Below, one piece after another: positions 57,434 to 62,192 of a DNA stretch of 62,192 nt. The stretch spans positions 1 through 62,192 of the forward strand of contig DATKEG010000010.1 of the NCBI GenBank assembly GCA_035544515.1, in the 5' to 3' direction. A program made the translations under genes and the position numbers. The DNA comes from Vicinamibacteria bacterium. Lineage in GTDB: Bacteria; Acidobacteriota; Vicinamibacteria; Fen-336. Numbering within the stretch: position 1 is the first letter of the stretch; the number at the start of each line of letters is the position of its first letter. Under the pieces are notes generated by a model that did no database searches, had not been told where the DNA came from, and saw nothing but the letters and a program-made list of their open reading frames with translations.

Positions 57434-60073
57434 TCAATGTGAGGCCATGGGCACGCGGCCGACCAGGGTGGCGACCGCGGCGGCCAGCCGGCCGGGCTCG
57501 ACCGGCTTGGGCACGTGCACCTGGTAGCCCGCGGACAGCGCCCGCGAGGTGTCCTCGCCCTTCGCGTAGGCGGTGAGGGCGGCCGCCGGCACCTGCCCGC
57601 CGTGCTCGGCGCCGAGCGCGCGCACGCGCCGGATGAGGGCGTAGCCGTCCTCGCCCGGCATGCCGATGTCGCTCACCAGCACGTCCGGCCGGTGGCGCTG
57701 CAGGGACGAGACCGCCTCTTCCACCGTGCCCACGGCCGTCACCTCCGCGCCGTGCTGTCGCAGGGCCTCGCTGAGGAAGTCGCGGCTGTCGGTCTCGTCG
57801 TCCACCAGCAGCACGCGCACGCCGCCCAGGTTGACGGGGGCGCCGCCGTCACCGGCCTGGGCCGCCCCCGCCCCCTCCCCTCCGGGCCGCGCCGCCTCCA
57901 GCAGCGGCAGCATGACCGTGAAGGTGGCGCCCTGGTCCGGTCCCGCGCTCTCCGCCTGCACCGTTCCCCCGTGAAGCTCGACCAGGTGGCGGACGATGGC
58001 CAGGCCGAGCCCGAGCCCGCCGTACTTCCGCGTGCTGGTGCTGTCCGCCTGGCGGAAGCGTTCGAAGACGTGAGGCAGGAAGGCCGCCGGGATGCCCTTG
58101 CCCGTGTCGTGCACCGTGAGCCGCACGTGGGAATCGGTCTGGCGCAGGGCCACGACCATGCGTCCGCCGCGCGGGGTGAACTTGACGGCGTTGCTGGCCA
58201 GGTTCCAGACCACCTGTTGCAGCCGGTCCGGGTCTCCCAGCACGCGCACGTCGCGCGGCGCGAGCTCCACCGCCACCTGGATGTCCTTGGCGTCGGCCGA
58301 GGGCCGCACCGCCTCGAGGCCGGCTTCGATCACGGGCATCAGCTCGATCGGCCGCACCTCCACCCGCAGCTTGCCCGTGACGATGCGCGAGACGTCGAGC
58401 AGGTCCTCGATGAGCTGGGTCTGCACGCGCACGTTGCGCTCGATCACCTCCAGGCCGCGCAGGATCCCCGCCGGATCGAGGTTGCCCGAGCGCAGCATCA
58501 CCGTCCAGCCCAGGATGGGCGTGAGCGGCGTGCGCAGCTCGTGGGAGAGCGTGGCCAGGAACTCGTCCTTGGCGCGGTTGGCGTTCTCCGCGGCCAGCCG
58601 CGCCTCCTGCGAGGCCTTGTACAGCGCGGCGTTGTCCGCGGCCAGGGCGGCCCGGCGGCCGAGCTCCTCCGCGAGCTGCAGGTCCGTGCGGTCGTAGCGC
58701 CGGCCCGACTCCGCGGAGACGAAGGTCAGCGCGCCCAGGGCGCGGCCGCGCGCGATCAGGGGCACGACCATCAGCGAGCAGAGCCCTTGCGCGCCGAGCA
58801 TCCCCCGCGCCGCCTCGTCGGGCGCAAGCGCCTCGAGGATCTCCGCGGTCAGTTCGGGCGCCAGGAAGGACTCGCGGGTGCGGATCACCCGCGCGGGCGG
58901 CGCGTCCGAGTCGGGCGCGGGCGCCCAGCGGAGCAGCTCCCTGGCCAGTGCCTCCCGCGCCGGGTCCGCCACCGCCGCCTCCACGCGACGGATGCGGTCG
59001 TTCTCCTCCCGCACGTCGATGAAGCACCAGTCGGCCAGGAAGGGCACGGAGAGGTGCACGAGCCGGCTGAGCGTGGTGTCGTAGTCGAGCGAGGAGGCCA
59101 GGGTGATCCCCGCTTCCGAGAGGAACGCGGCGCGCCGCTCGGCCGCCTCCGCCGCCGCGCGCGCGGCCTGCTCGCGGATGAGGTGCAGGCGCTCCTCCTC
59201 GGCCACCTTCCGCTCCGTGATGTCGCGCGCGAAGATGTAGACGAGCCCTTCCTCCGCGAAGGGGGCGGCCGTCCAGCCCAGCCAGCGCCAGCGGCCGTCC
59301 TTGTGCCGGTAACGGTTCTCGAAGTACGTGCTGTCGGCCTCGCCCAGGGCGAAGTCGGCGCTGCAGCAGCGCGAGAGGTGCTCGGCGGTGGCCGCGCGGT
59401 CGTCCTCGTGCACGAACTCGATGTAGGGCCGCGCCTTCAGCTCGGAGTCCGTGAAGCCCAGGGTGCGCTCCCAGGCCGGGTTGAGCTGCTTGAAGTAGCC
59501 GTCGAAGCCGGCGATGGCCAGCATGTCCACGGCCAGGGTGAAGAAGCGGTTGCGGCGCGTCTCCGCCTCCAGGCGGTCTTCCGCCTCCGCCAGGGCGGTG
59601 CGGTGCTCCTTCTCCTGCAGCAGCCGCATCTGCTCGGCCTGGGTCTTGACCTGCTCCGTCTTCCGGTAGAGGTCCACGAACACCGCGACCTTGGAGCGCA
59701 GGATCTCGGGTACCACCGGCGTCTTGATGAAGTCCACGGCGCCGAGCGAGTAGCTGCGCGCCACCACCGCGTCGTTGTCGCTCAGCGCGGTGAAGAAGAT
59801 GATGGGCGTCCGCTCGGAAGACGGGCGCTGGCGGATGAGGCCGGCGGTCTCGAAGCCGTCCATGAGCGGCATGTTGACGTCGAGGAGGATGACCGCGTAG
59901 TCCTCCTCCAGCAGCCTCTTGAGCGCCTCGCGGCCGGAGTTGGCCTTCACCAGGTTCTCGTCGAGGCCGCCCAGGATGGCCTCGAGCGCCAGGAGCTTGT
60001 CCGGGCGGTCGTCCACCAGGAGGATGTTCACCTTGTCGGGCCGCCGCCGGCCGGCGCGCGGGGCGGCGCTCAT
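57434..60073 (-). CDS. Hybrid sensor histidine kinase: REC - coiled coil - PAS - GAF - HisKA - HATPase_c - REC
   Basis: ATG 60073 shares one base with the cheR TGA (TGATG). N-terminal REC (ILLVDDRPDK...LDVNMPLMDG). H-box LSHELRTPLTPILGW, then HDTGKGI and GGLGLGL. C-terminal REC (VLLVDDETDSRD...SDIGMPGEDG). The upstream 459 aa of the 1338-aa track ORF are an out-of-frame artefact. Confidence 0.9.
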   Translation of the reverse strand: MSAAPRAGRRRPDKVNILLVDDRPDKLLALEAILGGLDENLVKANSGREALKRLLEEDYAVILLDVNMPLMDGFETAGLIRQRPSSERTPIIFFTALSDNDAVVARSYSLGAVDFIKTPVVPEILRSKVAVFVDLYRKTEQVKTQAEQMRLLQEKEHRTALAEAEDRLEAETRRNRFFTLAVDMLAIAGFDGYFKQLNPAWERTLGFTDSELKARPYIEFVHEDDRAATAEHLSRCCSADFALGEADSTYFENRYRHKDGRWRWLGWTAAPFAEEGLVYIFARDITERKVAEEERLHLIREQAARAAAEAAERRAAFLSEAGITLASSLDYDTTLSRLVHLSVPFLADWCFIDVREENDRIRRVEAAVADPAREALARELLRWAPAPDSDAPPARVIRTRESFLAPELTAEILEALAPDEAARGMLGAQGLCSLMVVPLIARGRALGALTFVSAESGRRYDRTDLQLAEELGRRAALAADNAALYKASQEARLAAENANRAKDEFLATLSHELRTPLTPILGWTVMLRSGNLDPAGILRGLEVIERNVRVQTQLIEDLLDVSRIVTGKLRVEVRPIELMPVIEAGLEAVRPSADAKDIQVAVELAPRDVRVLGDPDRLQQVVWNLASNAVKFTPRGGRMVVALRQTDSHVRLTVHDTGKGIPAAFLPHVFERFRQADSTSTRKYGGLGLGLAIVRHLVELHGGTVQAESAGPDQGATFTVMLPLLEAARPGGEGAGAAQAGDGGAPVNLGGVRVLLVDDETDSRDFLSEALRQHGAEVTAVGTVEEAVSSLQRHRPDVLVSDIGMPGEDGYALIRRVRALGAEHGGQVPAAALTAYAKGEDTSRALSAGYQVHVPKPVEPGRLAAAVATLVGRVPMASH

Positions 60074-60942
60074 CAGGCGATCTTCCGGTAGAGACGGTCC
60101 GCCCCGTCCACCACTTCGTACCGGTCCTCGCAGGGAGTGAAGCGGAGCGTCTCGCGGTGGCCCAGGCCGAGGAAACCCCGGCGCGCGAGGCTTCCGTAGA
60201 GGAGCGCGTGCACGCGCTCCTGCAGCGGCCGGTTGAAGTAGAAGAGCACGTTGCGGCAGATGACGACGTTGAACTCGTTGAACGAGCGGTCGGTCACCAG
60301 GTTGTGCTCGGCGAAGACCACGTTGGTGCGCAGGGCGGGATCGAAGGAGGCGCGCGCGCCCTCGAGCGCGTAGTAGTCGGCCAGGCGGAGGCGACCTCCC
60401 GCCAGCATGTAGCAGGACGCGGCCTCCCGCAGCGTGCTCACCGCCACCGTGCCCGCGGCGGCCTGCCGGAGCGCGGCGGCGTTCATGTCCGTGGCGTAGA
60501 TCTGCGACCTCTCGTAGAGGCCCTCCTCCCGCAGGAGGATGGCCAGCGAATAGACCTCCTCGCCCGTGGCGCAGCCGGCGTGCCAGACCCGCACCACGGG
60601 ATAGGTCCGCAGGATGGGCGCGGCCCGCTGCCGGAACGCGCGGTAGAAGCCCGGGTGGCGGAACAGTCCGGTGACGCATACGGAGAGCGCCGCCACCAGC
60701 CGCTCCACCGACGTCGGATCGTGGAGGACGCGGTCCTGCAGGGCGGACACGGTGGGCAGGCCCTCGTCGAGGAGGCACTGCCGGACGCGGCGGCGCTGCG
60801 AGTGGAGCGCGTAGTCCCGGAAGTCGTACCCGTAGCGCTCGTACACGGCCTGGAGGAGGAGGCGGATTTCCAGGTCCTGGACCGGATCGGAGGCCGCCTC
60901 CGCCGGCCGGGGGGACTCGCGTGTCACCGGGCCGCTCGACAT
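60073..60942 (-). CDS. cheR: CheR-type protein-glutamate O-methyltransferase
   Basis: ATG 60942. Helical N-terminal CheR domain (LLLQAVYERYGYDFRDY). SAM-binding motif RVWHAGCATGEEVYSLAILL, plus FNVVICRNVLFYF. Confidence 0.87.
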   Translation of the reverse strand: MSSGPVTRESPRPAEAASDPVQDLEIRLLLQAVYERYGYDFRDYALHSQRRRVRQCLLDEGLPTVSALQDRVLHDPTSVERLVAALSVCVTGLFRHPGFYRAFRQRAAPILRTYPVVRVWHAGCATGEEVYSLAILLREEGLYERSQIYATDMNAAALRQAAAGTVAVSTLREAASCYMLAGGRLRLADYYALEGARASFDPALRTNVVFAEHNLVTDRSFNEFNVVICRNVLFYFNRPLQERVHALLYGSLARRGFLGLGHRETLRFTPCEDRYEVVDGADRLYRKIA

Positions 60943-60956
60943 GAGATGGTCGTATC

Positions 60957-62192
60957 TCAGCGATACAGCCACGTCCGTAGCAGGGCCAGGAGCTGGTCGG
61001 TGTCCACGGGCTTGGCGATGTAATCGGAGGCGCCCGCCTCCAGGCACCGCTCACGGTCGCCACGCATGGCCTTGGCCGTGAGCGCGATGATGGGGAGGGA
61101 GCGCAGCTTCGGGATCTGCCGGATGGCGCGCATGGTCTCGTAGCCGTCCAGCTCCGGCAGCATGATGTCCATGAGCACCACGTCGGGCGGCGGCTCGCCC
61201 TGCACCAGCTCCAGCGCTTCCTTGCCGTTCTCGGCCGCCACCACCTGCATGCGGTGGCGCTCGAGCACGCTGGTCGTGGCGAAGATGTTGCGGATGTCGT
61301 CGTCCACGAGCAGCACCCTCTTGCCCGTGAGCAGGTCCTCCGAGCGGTGCAGTCTCTCCACGATCTCGCGCTTGGCCTCCGGCATGTCCGCGGCGCGGCG
61401 GTGGAGGAAGAGGGCGGTCTCGTCCAGCAACCGCTCCGGCGAGCGCACATCCTTCACGATGATGGTCTGGGCGAGCTTCTTGAGCTGCGTCTCCTCCTTC
61501 CGCGCGAGCTGCTTCGCCGTGTAGACGATGATGGGCAGCGTGCGCAGGCGGGGCTGCTTCTTGATCTCCTGCAGCAGCTCCAGGCCGGGACGGTCCGGCA
61601 GGAGCAGGTCGAGGACCATGCAGTCGAAGCGCTCGTTCTCCAGCGCCACGAGCGCGTCCGCGGCCGTGGATGCGCAGGTGACCTTCACGTCCCCGTTGCC
61701 GATCAGGTCCACGATGCTCTGGCATTGCACGCCGTCGTCCTCGACCACCAGCAGGTTCTTGACCTGCCGCTCCACGAAGGCGCGCATGTGGTCGAAGGCG
61801 CCGGTGAGGGTGCCCTTGTCCGCGGGCTTGAGGATGCAGCCCAGGGCCCCCTGCTGCAGCGTGCGCTCGGGATCGTCCGTCACCGACACGATGTAGACCG
61901 GGATGTGGCGCAGGCCCGGGTCGTCCTTGAGCCGCTCCAGCACGCGCCAGCCGTCGATGTCGGGCAGGCTGATGTCCAGCGTGATCGCGCTGGGCTTGAT
62001 CTCGCGGGCCAGGGCCAGGGCGTCGGCGCCGCGCGTGGCCACCACGGCCTTGAAGCCCTTGTCGCGGGCCAGGTCGTGGAGGAAGCGGCCGAAGGCGGTG
62101 TCGTCCTCGACCACCAGGCACACGCGGTCGCCCGGCTGCAGGCTCGCGCGGTCGTCCTGGAAGCTCGCCGTCCAGGCGGCGGCCAGCGCGGC
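60957..62192 (-). CDS. Protein with three tandem receiver (REC) domains; 5' end probably outside the window
   Basis: REC1 (LVVEDDTAFGRF...LDISLPDIDG), REC2 (LLVVEDDGVQCQ...LDLLLPDRPG) and REC3 (VLLVDDDIRNIF...MDIMLPELDG...KP). The reading frame stays open upstream of the track's Met to the window edge, so this may be the C-terminus of a larger hybrid kinase. Confidence 0.82.
   Translation of the reverse strand, partial: AALAAAWTASFQDDRASLQPGDRVCLVVEDDTAFGRFLHDLARDKGFKAVVATRGADALALAREIKPSAITLDISLPDIDGWRVLERLKDDPGLRHIPVYIVSVTDDPERTLQQGALGCILKPADKGTLTGAFDHMRAFVERQVKNLLVVEDDGVQCQSIVDLIGNGDVKVTCASTAADALVALENERFDCMVLDLLLPDRPGLELLQEIKKQPRLRTLPIIVYTAKQLARKEETQLKKLAQTIIVKDVRSPERLLDETALFLHRRAADMPEAKREIVERLHRSEDLLTGKRVLLVDDDIRNIFATTSVLERHRMQVVAAENGKEALELVQGEPPPDVVLMDIMLPELDGYETMRAIRQIPKLRSLPIIALTAKAMRGDRERCLEAGASDYIAKPVDTDQLLALLRTWLYR

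Noticed and set aside
57434-61450. Single 1338-aa ORF spanning the hybrid kinase, cheR and part of the multi-REC gene
   Set aside because: The N-terminal ~459 aa are Arg/Pro-rich read-through in a frame that overlaps the well-supported cheR and REC genes. A clean start (ATG 60073, MSAAPRAGRRRPDKVNILLVDD) opens the real kinase.

Overview
High-GC (roughly 70%) bacterial chromosomal window, densely coding, with many 1-4 nt start/stop overlaps (GTGA, ATGA, TTGA) that suggest translationally coupled operons. Most of it is housekeeping. This includes purine biosynthesis (purL, purF, purE, purD), glgC-eno-gpmI, rpsU, rsmI, udk and ftsE/ftsX. It also includes a cyclophilin, a tesA-like esterase divergent from a YbbA/YbbP-type ABC pair, an OPT transporter, an M48 protease, two outer-membrane barrels and three two-component/chemosensory-type modules. 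I see no cas genes, no transposase, integrase or phage genes, no rRNA or tRNA, and no recognisable defence system. Six things look worth a second look. (1) A dispersed family of ~65-110 nt intergenic hairpin repeats has 7 copies, with covarying stems and a conserved loop. One copy is flanked by a perfect 76-bp duplication of the udk 3' end. (2) An orphan promoter - strong SD - 19-codon ORF - structured RNA - canonical intrinsic terminator unit sits between two opposite-strand genes. (3) Envelope glycosylation genes are enriched: four paralogous GT-C-like membrane glycosyltransferases, a decaprenyl-phosphate phosphoribosyltransferase-like UbiA enzyme, three GT4 enzymes and a methyltransferase. 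(4) A beta-barrel gene has its Sec signal peptide cut off from the barrel by two in-frame TGA codons. (5) A secreted HMA-thioredoxin fusion lies inside the ABC operon. (6) ftsE and ftsX are split by an opposite-strand udk. All family calls come from motifs read by eye in the supplied translations; no database search was possible. Many long alternative-frame or antisense ORFs in the track are high-GC artefacts and were ignored.
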